In this document: piece after piece, positions 19,384 to 27,677 of the stretch
How the letters are laid out: every line of letters starts with the position of its first letter
Numbering within the stretch: position 1 is the stretch's first letter
Virus record (IMG/VR): IMGVR_UViG_3300045988_097246
Reading direction: 5' to 3' (one strand)
DNA: 59,554 nt
Source of the DNA: a virus
The notes under the pieces: model-generated
Told to the model about the DNA's origin: nothing
Databases searched by the model: none
Seen by the model: only the letters and a program-made list of their open reading frames with translations
Program-made: the position numbers and the translations under genes

Positions 19384-19408
19384 ATCCCCGCTCCTTGTGG
19401 GCGGGGAT
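19384..19408. terminator. GC-rich hairpin after the tail module (no clear U-tract)
   Basis: ATCCCCGC-TCCTTGTGG-GCGGGGAT. Strikingly GC-rich against the AT-rich background. Confidence 0.35.
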
Positions 19409-19480
19409 GTAGGTACAAAATTTTACGAAAGAGAGAAAAAATATGGCAGTATTGAAGAACTTTAAAACGGAGGTAAGATA

Positions 19481-19846
19481 ATGGACTATACAACAATAAA
19501 CACTTCGGAAAATGGCATGGACGAAGAAACCGAAATGCAGTACCGTGAAATGATGAGAAAGCAAGAAAAACAAAATAAGTTGGAAAGTGAACTCAGATGT
19601 TTACACTCTGATTTACAGCAGAACACCTCAGAGTGTGGTGACTGGCGTATGGCGAAAGCTATAGAGAAGTTGCTTATTGCATTACAGGACTGCGAAACCG
19701 AAGAAATCGGTGTTTGTATCAAGAACTGGGCAATGGAAACATATATGAATATCGGAAGTCAAATTAACGATAGGATATACAAGAGGGACAGGGTAAATGA
19801 GATTGAAGAAGAACTAAAAATTTTGTCGAATAATAGCATATTTTAG
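19481..19846 (+). CDS. Hypothetical protein
   Basis: GGAGGT RBS; 121 aa; soluble, partly coiled-coil. Confidence 0.5.
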   Translation: MDYTTINTSENGMDEETEMQYREMMRKQEKQNKLESELRCLHSDLQQNTSECGDWRMAKAIEKLLIALQDCETEEIGVCIKNWAMETYMNIGSQINDRIYKRDRVNEIEEELKILSNNSIF

Positions 19847-19984
19847 CACATGAAAGTGTCTGACAACTATTTAAAATTCCCTCGAATAGTCTTATAATAA
19901 TAATGTCGATAAACACATCGGCATATCAAGTTTCGGTTATGGGCGGTGTAATTGGCGTTGCACTGCCCTGTTTTTTTGAGGGGA

Positions 19985-20013
19985 TTGACATAGCAGAACA
20001 GTTGTTCTATATG
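19985..20013 (+). promoter_or_regulatory. Sigma-70-like promoter for the 39-aa ORF
   Basis: TTGACA, 17 nt, TATATG. Confidence 0.5.
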
Positions 20014-20036
20014 TGTGTCACATAGGAGGATTAAAT

Positions 20037-20156
20037 TTGAGTAAAGAAGAACTAAAACGAGAAATTGTGGAACTTGTAGACAAAATTGACAGTGAAAAAT
20101 TTTTACATTTCTTATTAAGTACAATTAAATCATTCAAAAAAAAGTGGGGCATTTAA
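20037..20156 (+). CDS. Small protein (39 aa), convergent with the repressor gene
   Basis: AGGAGG lies 8 nt before TTG 20037. Translation: MSKEELKREIVELVDKIDSEKFLHFLLSTIKSFKKKWGI. Below the size cutoff of the ORF track. Confidence 0.4.
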   Translation: MSKEELKREIVELVDKIDSEKFLHFLLSTIKSFKKKWGI

Positions 20157-20170
20157 TGCCCCTCTTTCTC
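20135..20170. terminator. Bidirectional terminator shared by the 39-aa ORF and the repressor gene
   Basis: A8-GT-GGGGCAT-TTA-ATGCCCC-TCTTTCTC. Both stop codons lie inside it. Confidence 0.65.
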
Positions 20171-20518
20171 ATACCAATAAGCAACAGTATCAAAAATTGT
20201 TTGCTGATGTTCTTTGCTAAGGTCGTATAATTTCTTAATACATTCTAACATTTTTTCATTTGAAAATAAATCCGGAAGAAAATCTGCAACAATATCTGAA
20301 TTTTCATTTGACATATTATCTTCCCAACCCATTAGATATGCTGGTGAAATTTTTAAAGTATCAGCTATTCCTTGCAATTTATCACTTGGAATATTGGTTA
20401 TAATGTCATTTTCATACTTATATAAGGTTTGTTTTGACACACCAATTTTTTTTGCTAATTCTACTTGCGATAAATCTGCCTTTTCACGACTTTTTTTAAT
20501 TCTATTTCCAACAGTCAT
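20153..20518 (-). CDS. CI-like repressor (XRE-family HTH)
   Basis: IKKSREKADLSQVELAKKIGVSKQTLYKYEND is an HTH_3 motif. GGAGGG RBS. Divergent from a Cro-like gene. Confidence 0.8.
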   Translation of the reverse strand: MTVGNRIKKSREKADLSQVELAKKIGVSKQTLYKYENDIITNIPSDKLQGIADTLKISPAYLMGWEDNMSNENSDIVADFLPDLFSNEKMLECIKKLYDLSKEHQQTIFDTVAYWYEKEGH

Positions 20519-20547
20519 GGGAACCCTCCTTTCTTATTGGTAACTTC

Positions 20548-20575
20548 ATTATAGCACAAAAAAGTTACAAGTCAA
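20548..20575 (-). promoter_or_regulatory. Leftward promoter (repressor gene)
   Basis: On the minus strand: TTGACT, 16 nt, TATAAT. Confidence 0.6.
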
Positions 20576-20587
20576 GTAAAAAATAAC

Positions 20588-20615
20588 TTGACAAGTTACT
20601 TTTAGGGTGTATAAT
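20588..20615 (+). promoter_or_regulatory. Rightward early promoter (Cro-like gene)
   Basis: TTGACA, 16 nt, TATAAT. Confidence 0.65.
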
Positions 20616-20671
20616 GTAAGTAACCTCAAAAGTTACCACAGAGGTTACAGCAACGAAAGAGAGGTGATAAT

Positions 20672-20881
20672 ATGATAGACACAAACAAACTTAGAGGTAT
20701 CTTTGCTGAGAATGGAAAGACACAGGCTGATGTAGCCAAAATGCTTGGTGTAACGCCCAAAACATTTTATATGCATATGCGAAAAGGCGTTTTCGGCAGT
20801 GATGATATTCAGAAAATGATTGACAGTTTCGATATTGAAAATCCTATTGATATTTTTTTTGCTAAAGAAGTAACTTTCTAA
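20672..20881 (+). CDS. Cro-like / small HTH regulator
   Basis: 69 aa. GKTQADVAKMLGVTPKTFYMHMRKG looks like an HTH. It is the first gene of the rightward operon. Confidence 0.6.
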   Translation: MIDTNKLRGIFAENGKTQADVAKMLGVTPKTFYMHMRKGVFGSDDIQKMIDSFDIENPIDIFFAKEVTF

Positions 20882-20911
20882 GTTACTAAACAGAAAAGAG
20901 GTGATAAACAT

Positions 20912-21637
20912 ATGGATAGTTTAGAACAGAAATATCTCGACAGCAGAGAAGTGGCTGAGATGGTAGACAAACAGCACAATGACTTGCTGAAAGATATTCG
21001 TAGATATGTTCAGCAATTAAGTGAGGGGAAGATTTCCCACACCGACTTTTTCACAGAAAGTCAGTACACAGACAAGTCTAACAGACAGAAGCCTTGTTAT
21101 CTTGTCACAAAGAAAGGTTGCGAGTTTATAGCACACAAACTGACTGGTGTAAAAGGTACAGAGTTTACAGCAAAGTACATAAACAGGTTTCACGAAATGG
21201 AAGATACAATTAAAACTCAACTTCCACAGGGAAATGATTTGATTGCACTTGCAGTTATCGAAGCTCAGAAAATGATTGCTGAGAGAGACAAACAGATTGA
21301 ACGCATGAAACCGAAAGAAATATTTGCTGACGCAGTATCGGCTAGTGAAACATCAATCCTTGTCGGAGATTTAGCAAAATTGATTTCTCAGAACGGTTAC
21401 AAAATCGGACAAAAGAGGTTGTTTGAATGGTTAAGAACGAATAACTTCCTTATTAAATGTGGTTCATCAAGAAATATGCCACAGCAGAGGTTTGTTGAAC
21501 AGGGATTGTTTGAAATCAAAGAAAGCAACATTCAGAACCCTGATGGCAGCGTGAGAATAACACGCACAACTAAGGTCACAGGCAAAGGGCAAATTTACTT
21601 TGTTAATAAGTTTATGAAAAGTGAGGTAACAGCATGA
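20912..21637 (+). CDS. Antirepressor (Rha-like N-terminus plus KilA-C/ANT-like C-terminus)
   Basis: The N-terminal SREVAEMVDKQHNDLLKDIRRY is Rha-like. The C-terminal ADAVSASETSILVGDLAKLI...KRLFEWLR is an antirepressor C-domain pattern. Confidence 0.75.
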   Translation: MDSLEQKYLDSREVAEMVDKQHNDLLKDIRRYVQQLSEGKISHTDFFTESQYTDKSNRQKPCYLVTKKGCEFIAHKLTGVKGTEFTAKYINRFHEMEDTIKTQLPQGNDLIALAVIEAQKMIAERDKQIERMKPKEIFADAVSASETSILVGDLAKLISQNGYKIGQKRLFEWLRTNNFLIKCGSSRNMPQQRFVEQGLFEIKESNIQNPDGSVRITRTTKVTGKGQIYFVNKFMKSEVTA

Positions 21638-21831
21638 CAAGAGAGCAGAGAATATCAGAAATTATGGATGAACTTTCATGTTGTCGTGATGTGGCAGAGC
21701 AGATGTTCTTAGACGAGATTTGTGACAAATATGGAACTGATGATGTGGATGTGGCATTACAGATGTTTTTGGATGACGAGGAACAAATAGCAGAAAACAA
21801 TGCACAGTTGAATTTGGAGGTAACAGCATAA
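21634..21831 (+). CDS. Hypothetical acidic protein with internal QMFLD repeat
   Basis: GTGAGG RBS with an ATGA overlap; 65 aa. Confidence 0.5.
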   Translation: MTREQRISEIMDELSCCRDVAEQMFLDEICDKYGTDDVDVALQMFLDDEEQIAENNAQLNLEVTA

Positions 21832-21847
21832 GGAAAGGAGAATAAAA

Positions 21848-22075
21848 ATGGACGATTTTATCAAAGATGCTTTAAAAAACGAAATGTTGAAAACAACAGA
21901 TGGAACTATATTTTTTGCAACGCTTTGCCAAAACAGACGAGCCATAGATTGTTTGGCTAATTCTACAAAAGAATTGATTGCACAATATGGCTTATCTGCT
22001 TCGGAAGCTAAAGGGTTTTTAGATTATATGAAGATTGTTATTGATGCTTCTTCATATCTTTCTCCAAAGAAATAA
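21848..22075 (+). CDS. Hypothetical protein
   Basis: AAGGAG RBS; 75 aa. Confidence 0.5.
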   Translation: MDDFIKDALKNEMLKTTDGTIFFATLCQNRRAIDCLANSTKELIAQYGLSASEAKGFLDYMKIVIDASSYLSPKK

Positions 22076-22271
22076 TGCGAATGCCACATTCGTCAAAATT
22101 AAACATGTCCGATTCGGGTATTTCTTTAGCAGTTTTGAGTATAGATAACACTTTGGCAGAGTGAGGATATTCAAGACCACAGTTAGGACAAACAATTTTG
22201 TTAGTGGATATGTCTTCATTTACAGTATATTCACTATGGCAAGTACAAAATATTTGAAACTTTAAAAGCAT
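22038..22271 (-). CDS. Zinc-ribbon protein encoded antisense to the early operon
   Basis: Strong minus-strand RBS TAAGGAGGTGAACCTATG. Motifs CTCH...CPNCG. Its 3' end overlaps 21848..22075 by 38 nt. Confidence 0.6.
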   Translation of the reverse strand: MLLKFQIFCTCHSEYTVNEDISTNKIVCPNCGLEYPHSAKVLSILKTAKEIPESDMFNFDECGIRIISLEKDMKKHQ

Positions 22272-22341
22272 AGGTTCACCTCCTTATTGAATGATAAGGA
22301 GATTATACCACAGGGGCAAAAGAATAGAAAGTGAGGTAAAT

Positions 22342-22437
22342 ATGTTCGTAAACCCATTTGTTTTAGGAATTTTGGCAACTTTATTTGCAGAAATGGCATT
22401 ACTTATTGTATTGTCATGGTTTTCTAGTAAGAAATAG
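22342..22437 (+). CDS. Small hydrophobic peptide (31 aa)
   Basis: GTGAGG RBS. Translation: MFVNPFVLGILATLFAEMALLIVLSWFSSKK, a single TM helix with a basic tail. Confidence 0.5.
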   Translation: MFVNPFVLGILATLFAEMALLIVLSWFSSKK

Positions 22438-22446
22438 GAGTAGACA

Positions 22447-22578
22447 ATGAATAACAAAATAATAAGAGATATAAAGGAATTGTCAGTTTTTGAGATAGAG
22501 AAATCGGCAAAGGTGTTGAGAATTGAGTTTATTATCAATAACGGCAACGAAATAAAAATTGTGAGAAAGGAGAAATAA
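22447..22578 (+). CDS. Small protein (43 aa)
   Basis: TAGGAG RBS. Translation starts MNNKIIRDIKELSVFEIEKSAKVLRIEFIINNGNEIKIVRKEK. Abuts the next gene. Confidence 0.5.
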   Translation: MNNKIIRDIKELSVFEIEKSAKVLRIEFIINNGNEIKIVRKEK

Positions 22579-22581
22579 TAG

Positions 22582-22980
22582 ATGATAGACGCAAGCAGAA
22601 GTGTGGATAAGCCGACAGAAAATGTTAAAGTGCCGTTTGATGAATACAATAAACTTTCAAGTATATCGACAAAAGTTGATATTATAGTTGACTTGATGTG
22701 TCATGGAACGCTGATGGCAGACGATGTTTTGAGAATATTGAAAGTTGACACAAATTTCCCGAAAGAAACAACATTTGAAAAAGATATAGTAGTTTCGGTG
22801 TGTATTTATAATAATCTTTTAGAATTAAAAGTGCGTGTAGATGTTCTGCTAGATATGTTAGAAAAGAAAGACTATGTATCAACAGACGAGATTTTAAGAA
22901 CACTTGGCACAGAGTTGGCAATTGAAGAAGCAGACAGGTGGGAAAAGGAGATAAATGAAAGATTTAATAATAAGCAATAA
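22582..22980 (+). CDS. Hypothetical protein
   Basis: 132 aa; tightly packed. Confidence 0.55.
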   Translation: MIDASRSVDKPTENVKVPFDEYNKLSSISTKVDIIVDLMCHGTLMADDVLRILKVDTNFPKETTFEKDIVVSVCIYNNLLELKVRVDVLLDMLEKKDYVSTDEILRTLGTELAIEEADRWEKEINERFNNKQ

Positions 22981-23761
22981 AGAGTATCGGGCAAGAGAAG
23001 GAGTAAGTAGCACAGACTTAAAGAAGATTGCAAAATCCCCAGCACACTTCCGTTACTGGAAAGATAATCCACAGGAAGATACTCCGGCGTTGCTTTTCGG
23101 CAGAGCAGTACATAAATATGTATTAGAGAGAGAAAAATTCAATGAGGAATTTGCCGTTGCACCCGAAGTAAATAAGCGAACAAAAGAGGGTACGGCTCAG
23201 TGGTTGTTATTTCAAGACCAAAACGAGGGCAAAGACATTATTTCCATTGAAGATTTTGAAAAGATAAAAGCTATGAGAGAAACATTGTATCAGACATCTT
23301 TTGTAAGTCAATTATTAAAAGGCAAAAAAGAGCTGTCTTACTTCACGGAAGATGATGAAACAGGATTGACGATAAAGTGTCGTCCCGACTGTCAGACACA
23401 GGTCGGAGATACACATATCTTAATTGACTACAAATCTTGCTCAGATGCCAGCGGCGACAAATTCATGCGTGACGCAATCAACTTAATGTATGACCTACAA
23501 ATGGCATTTTATAAAGACATTATGGATAAAGTGACAGGCTATGAACACTCAGTTATCTTCATAGCACAGGAAAAAACACCACCGTATTGTGTGAATGTTT
23601 TAGAAGCAAACGAATATTTTTTGAAAAGTGGCAGAGATATGTATAGAACCTATCTTAATGTCTACAAAGAGTGTTTAGGAAGTGGCAACTGGTATGGTTA
23701 CACAAATGGCGAGGTAAACACGCTTGGTTTACCGAATTGGTTGCAAAAGCAATATGAATAG
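22955..23761 (+). CDS. PD-(D/E)XK exonuclease (DUF3799/RecE-like recombination exonuclease)
   Basis: SSTDLKKIAKSPAHFRYW...LLFGRAVHKYVLE together with ILIDYKS (D..(D/E)xK) matches phage PDDEXK exonucleases. Confidence 0.7.
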   Translation: MKDLIISNKEYRAREGVSSTDLKKIAKSPAHFRYWKDNPQEDTPALLFGRAVHKYVLEREKFNEEFAVAPEVNKRTKEGTAQWLLFQDQNEGKDIISIEDFEKIKAMRETLYQTSFVSQLLKGKKELSYFTEDDETGLTIKCRPDCQTQVGDTHILIDYKSCSDASGDKFMRDAINLMYDLQMAFYKDIMDKVTGYEHSVIFIAQEKTPPYCVNVLEANEYFLKSGRDMYRTYLNVYKECLGSGNWYGYTNGEVNTLGLPNWLQKQYE

Positions 23762-23776
23762 AAAAGGAGAAACAAT

Positions 23777-24091
23777 ATGAAGCTTTATTTTTACAGTGTG
23801 AATACAAATGGAAGATATGGGAAATTAGGAATTACAGTTCAGGTATGTGAAGCAGCGGAAAAAGCTAAAACATATTGGCCTGTTGGCGATGCTTTTCCAG
23901 GGACTACTAGCAGAGTAAGAAAGGATAGTATCGGAGAGATTGACGACAGATGGCTAGTTCTTAAAGAACCTAATTTTGAATATGCAAAGAAAAAGTTTAT
24001 AGAATTGTTAAAATCAAAAGTTGCGGTTCTTAAAGAGAGTCTTGAAAGAGAAGAGAGAGAATTAAAGTTAATCGAAGAAAGCGAGGAATAG
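23777..24091 (+). CDS. Hypothetical protein
   Basis: AAGGAG RBS; 104 aa. Confidence 0.55.
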   Translation: MKLYFYSVNTNGRYGKLGITVQVCEAAEKAKTYWPVGDAFPGTTSRVRKDSIGEIDDRWLVLKEPNFEYAKKKFIELLKSKVAVLKESLEREERELKLIEESEE

Positions 24092-24094
24092 AAC

Positions 24095-24940
24095 ATGAAT
24101 GAAGTGAGTAATAATAACAATCATGTACCTTTTAACAACATAAATCAAGGTACGGTAGCAGTCGAAAGTAGTCGTGCAATTACAGAAGCACAGGGGAAAT
24201 TGTTACTTGCAAAGCAGTTCCCGAGAAATTACACAAATTGCTATGCAACAGCTATTGAAGCGTGTCAGCGTAAAGGGTTTGCAGATAAAGCGTTTTTTGC
24301 ATATCCACGAGGGGGACAGACTGTAACAGGAGTGACAATTAGATTTGCTGAGGAATTAGCAAGATGTTACGGCAACCTTGACTATGGCATTAAAGAGTTG
24401 TCACACGAAGATGGCAAGTCAGAAATGCAGGCATATGCTTGGGATCTGGAAACAAATACAGTATCAAGTCAGAACTTTACAGTTGAACATATCATGGAAA
24501 CACGAAACGGCAGCAGAAAGTTGACAAGCCAGCGTGATATTTACGAGAGAACAGCTAATGACGGTGCAAGAAGATTAAGAAGCCGTATTTTAGCAATTTT
24601 ACCACCCGACTTGGTGGAAGATTGCATAAAAGAGTGCAAGAAAACGCTTGCAGGACAGAACGGAATACCATTTGCCGATAAAGTCAAAAACATGGTTGTA
24701 GCTTTTGCTAAATACGGTGTTACAAAGGAAATGCTTGAAAAGAGATTAGACCACACTGTCGAGAGTATCAGTGAAGATGAACTGACAGAGTATATCGGTA
24801 TTTTCAACGGTTTGGCACAGAAGGAAACAACGGTTTCAGATTGGTTTGAACAGCCAAAAACAGCAAGTCAGATGACTGCATTACTTGAAGAAGCTGAGAA
24901 AGAAGAAAAAGCCAAAGAAAAGAAAGAGGAAAAGAAATAA
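24095..24940 (+). CDS. Recombination-module protein (possible single-strand annealing protein)
   Basis: 281 aa between the exonuclease and the RusA-like gene, with a Lys/Glu-rich tail. I did not recognise a family motif. Confidence 0.3.
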   Translation: MNEVSNNNNHVPFNNINQGTVAVESSRAITEAQGKLLLAKQFPRNYTNCYATAIEACQRKGFADKAFFAYPRGGQTVTGVTIRFAEELARCYGNLDYGIKELSHEDGKSEMQAYAWDLETNTVSSQNFTVEHIMETRNGSRKLTSQRDIYERTANDGARRLRSRILAILPPDLVEDCIKECKKTLAGQNGIPFADKVKNMVVAFAKYGVTKEMLEKRLDHTVESISEDELTEYIGIFNGLAQKETTVSDWFEQPKTASQMTALLEEAEKEEKAKEKKEEKK

Positions 24941-25335
24941 TGACATACAAAGTGATGATTGATAAGAAAAACAATACATTCCCCTTAAAAGGTTTAAATG
25001 AATTGTTGGGTGCGAGATTATACAACCCACGCACGAAAAGATATACAAATTCTGTTAAGACTTCAAATGACAGAACTTGCTTAAAAGCAATAAAAAAGTG
25101 CTTACCATCGGTGCATATTGATAAACCTATCAGATGTACTTATCGCATCTATACAGCAGACAAAAGGCATGACAGAAGTAATTTATATGCCGCAATAGAA
25201 AAGTCATTCTTAGATGCTTTGCAGTTGGCAAAAGTTATAAAAAATGATGGCTGGGATGATGTTCTTGACAGCGTTTTTCACACAGAAGTTGACAAGGAAA
25301 ATCCGAGAGTTGTAGTGGAGATTGAGGTTTTATGA
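24940..25335 (+). CDS. RusA-like Holliday junction resolvase
   Basis: 131 aa. ...HDRSNLYAAIEKSFLDALQLAKVIKNDGWDDV... fits the RusA D-x-DN...DAL...DD pattern. Confidence 0.5.
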   Translation: MTYKVMIDKKNNTFPLKGLNELLGARLYNPRTKRYTNSVKTSNDRTCLKAIKKCLPSVHIDKPIRCTYRIYTADKRHDRSNLYAAIEKSFLDALQLAKVIKNDGWDDVLDSVFHTEVDKENPRVVVEIEVL

Positions 25336-25348
25336 AAGGAGTAAGAAC

Positions 25349-25690
25349 ATGAGAGTTATATCACAGAATGGAAAATCTGATATTCCATATGAATATTTTG
25401 TTTTTTCAATAGTGGGTAATAGCAATAGTTATAGTATTATTGCAACTAAAAATATTGCAGAATCACCAGAAGTGATTATGAATAGCATTTTTGCAACTTA
25501 TTCAACCGAAGCAAAGGCAATTAAGGCTATGGAAATGCTTAGAGAGCAACATGAAAAGGTTGCTTTTCTTAAAACAATAATAAATACCGAAAAAGGTATT
25601 TCATTCGTAAGAGGTTTGTCAAAAACTGATTTTGACAAGATGACACAGAATTATTTCCAGTTCCCGAAAGATGATGAGATGGAAGTATGA
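25349..25690 (+). CDS. Hypothetical protein
   Basis: AAAGGAG lies 7 nt before ATG 25349. Confidence 0.5.
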   Translation: MRVISQNGKSDIPYEYFVFSIVGNSNSYSIIATKNIAESPEVIMNSIFATYSTEAKAIKAMEMLREQHEKVAFLKTIINTEKGISFVRGLSKTDFDKMTQNYFQFPKDDEMEV

Positions 25691-25944
25691 AAGAAAATCC
25701 AGCAAACGCAATTAAAACTACCATGTGGAAATTTCTCATGGATAAAGGTCAGAAAGAAAATATACCAGCTTTAAAAGAGTATGTTTTTGACCTTATCGAA
25801 ATGACAACGCAGAAGACTGCCGGTCAGAGAAAAGAAACAAAGAATGATATAAGTTGGGATGAACTTGATATGACGCTTATGTCAATAGTAATAGAAGCTA
25901 CTGCATTAGTGTTGTCAGGAACATTAGACGAGTTAAAAGATTAA
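25687..25944 (+). CDS. Hypothetical protein
   Basis: ATGA overlap with the previous gene; 85 aa. Confidence 0.45.
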   Translation: MKENPANAIKTTMWKFLMDKGQKENIPALKEYVFDLIEMTTQKTAGQRKETKNDISWDELDMTLMSIVIEATALVLSGTLDELKD

Positions 25945-25959
25945 GGGGTTGAACTACAA

Positions 25960-26523
25960 ATGAGTGCAAGGAGAGCGGCTATGCGTCGGGAACGATTGCA
26001 AAGGAACAAAATTGACAAGAAAAAATGTGCTATGGCTGAACTTGAAAGAGCAAAAGAGCAAGGCATCATTGATGGCAGGGCGATAGGTGTTAGTGCGTGC
26101 CTTGAAGTGTTGCATAGTAAATACAAGTTTAGCAATAATAAAGCACAACAGTTACTCAATGTTATGGGGAGAGAAAGTGCAAGACTTGATGATACAGGTG
26201 TTAGATTTGTTGCAAATTACTATGCTGAGAAGTTTGAAAAGAAACTAGATGCACTGGGAATATATCAAGATATAGCTGATATTCCTACAAAGATTTATTG
26301 TGCATCAAAGCATGAGTTGTTTGTAACATCAGTCGCAATAGTCTTGATGGTGCTAAATGAATTATGGAATTTTAGCAGTAACGATAAAAACACTGGTCGG
26401 CTTGATTACATCATGGAGTATTGCACAAATCGGTATTTAGAGATGCAACTTGACCCCGACAAAAACACGGCAGAATACTATTTTGAGCGAATGTTAAGAC
26501 GGACTGGTTATAAGTTACATTAA
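25960..26523 (+). CDS. Hypothetical protein
   Basis: 187 aa with a basic N-terminus. Confidence 0.5.
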   Translation: MSARRAAMRRERLQRNKIDKKKCAMAELERAKEQGIIDGRAIGVSACLEVLHSKYKFSNNKAQQLLNVMGRESARLDDTGVRFVANYYAEKFEKKLDALGIYQDIADIPTKIYCASKHELFVTSVAIVLMVLNELWNFSSNDKNTGRLDYIMEYCTNRYLEMQLDPDKNTAEYYFERMLRRTGYKLH

Positions 26524-26532
26524 GAGGTAAAT

Positions 26533-26619
26533 ATGATAGACGAAAAGAAGATTATTAAGAAAATCGAAAACAGGATAGACACTTATATAAAAGAATATCC
26601 TGAAAAGAAAAAACTGTGA
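26533..26619 (+). CDS. Small protein (28 aa)
   Basis: AAGAGG RBS. Translation: MIDEKKIIKKIENRIDTYIKEYPEKKKL. Confidence 0.35.
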   Translation: MIDEKKIIKKIENRIDTYIKEYPEKKKL

Positions 26620-26702
26620 ATATATAGAAACACAAAGAGAGTTTATACATATATTACAGATTGAAGCAAGAGAGCAGGAAAAAAGAAAGGAAAGGTAAAA
26701 GA

Positions 26703-26858
26703 ATGATTTATAAGATTGTAACAAAAAGAACTACTTATGTAACTGCGGAATTTTATGAAGAAGCTATGGAGAAATATGAAGAGGATGATTATTTGAAACA
26801 GGATGAAGAAACGCTGAGCGTTACTGAATCGAATATAGAAGAAGCCTTTTCGATGTAA
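26703..26858 (+). CDS. Hypothetical acidic protein
   Basis: GGAAAGG RBS before ATG 26703. Confidence 0.45.
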   Translation: MIYKIVTKRTTYVTAEFYEEAMEKYEEDDYLKQDEETLSVTESNIEEAFSM

Positions 26859-26880
26859 AATTTTGCGAGGTGAGAACATT

Positions 26881-27069
26881 ATGAAAAAGTATGTATATGT
26901 CGCATATTCAAAAGACAAATATAAATTACCTGTTTTTGTTGCTGATAGTGTGAAAGAACTTTCAATAGTGATGGGAATAAGTGAAAACACTATAAGCTCA
27001 GTAATATCACATGGCAAGAAACAAGGAAAAGAGTTTAGATTTGCGAGAGTGGATGTTAGCGGCGTTTAG
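26881..27069 (+). CDS. Small HTH-like protein
   Basis: GAGGTG RBS. The segment ...SVKELSIVMGISENTISSVISHG... looks like an HTH. Confidence 0.45.
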   Translation: MKKYVYVAYSKDKYKLPVFVADSVKELSIVMGISENTISSVISHGKKQGKEFRFARVDVSGV

Positions 27070-27081
27070 AGAGGTGATGGC

Positions 27082-27285
27082 ATGAATATATATTTAGTCG
27101 AAAGAACCGAGAAAATCACTTGGGTTGAAGATTACGCAATGGTCGTGATAGCAGAGGATGAAAAACACGCTGAAAGGAGAGCAAGATGGGAAAGCAGAGA
27201 TTTTAAAAGAGCAAAGAACTTGCTTGTAAAAAAGGTAGATGCAGACAAAGAGCAGTCGGTTTTGATTGCTAATACAGGAGCGTGA
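27082..27285 (+). CDS. Hypothetical protein
   Basis: GAGAGGTG RBS; 67 aa. Confidence 0.5.
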   Translation: MNIYLVERTEKITWVEDYAMVVIAEDEKHAERRARWESRDFKRAKNLLVKKVDADKEQSVLIANTGA

Positions 27286-27289
27286 TGCA

Positions 27290-27472
27290 ATGACGGTAGA
27301 TGAATTTAAACGGTTAGCAATAGATACTAAAATCTCAGTGCGTGATATTCGCACTGGGGAGTATCTAAAAAACAAAAACGAATATGGCAGCAGGAAAATA
27401 CAGGAAGTGTATGCAAGGGCGCACAGGTATAAAGACAGCTATGAGGGAAATATAGTTTTGATGGTGAGGTGA
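27290..27472 (+). CDS. Hypothetical protein
   Basis: GGAG RBS before ATG 27290. Confidence 0.45.
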   Translation: MTVDEFKRLAIDTKISVRDIRTGEYLKNKNEYGSRKIQEVYARAHRYKDSYEGNIVLMVR

Positions 27473-27476
27473 TGTA

Positions 27477-27677
27477 ATGAGCTGTAAGAATTGTACTGAA
27501 AGAAGAATAAACTGCCATGCTGTATGCAAAAAATACATAAAGTGGAAAGCTGAGGACGATAAACGCAAAGAAGAAATACGCAAGAAGCGTGATGAATTAG
27601 TGAATATCACAGGCTATGAGAAACAAAGACATATAAACATGAAAACACGAAGAAAAGTAAGTGTTGATAGGATTTGA
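27477..27677 (+). CDS. Cys-rich small protein
   Basis: GAGGTG RBS. CKNC...C..VC motif followed by a basic tail. Confidence 0.5.
   Translation: MSCKNCTERRINCHAVCKKYIKWKAEDDKRKEEIRKKRDELVNITGYEKQRHINMKTRRKVSVDRI

Larger units (their letters stand above)
20540..20648. promoter_or_regulatory. Operator region with repeated AAGTTAC/GTAACTT half-sites
   Basis: Three inverted pairs. GTAACTT-N15-AAGTTAC (20540-20568), AACTT-N4-AAGTT over the -35 (20585-20598), and GTAAC-N7-GTTAC (20620-20636). An extra GTTAC sits at 20644. Confidence 0.55.

Noticed and set aside
19867-20124. 85-aa minus-strand ORF between the tail module and the repressor gene
   Set aside because: No RBS. The plus strand has a promoter, an AGGAGG RBS and a 39-aa ORF ending in the shared terminator, which explains the region better.
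22284-22649. 121-aa minus-strand 'membrane protein' ORF
   Set aside because: The plus strand here carries two tightly packed small ORFs with good RBSs (22342-22437 and 22447-22578) and the start of 22582-22980. The antisense ORF has no RBS and a shadow-like composition.
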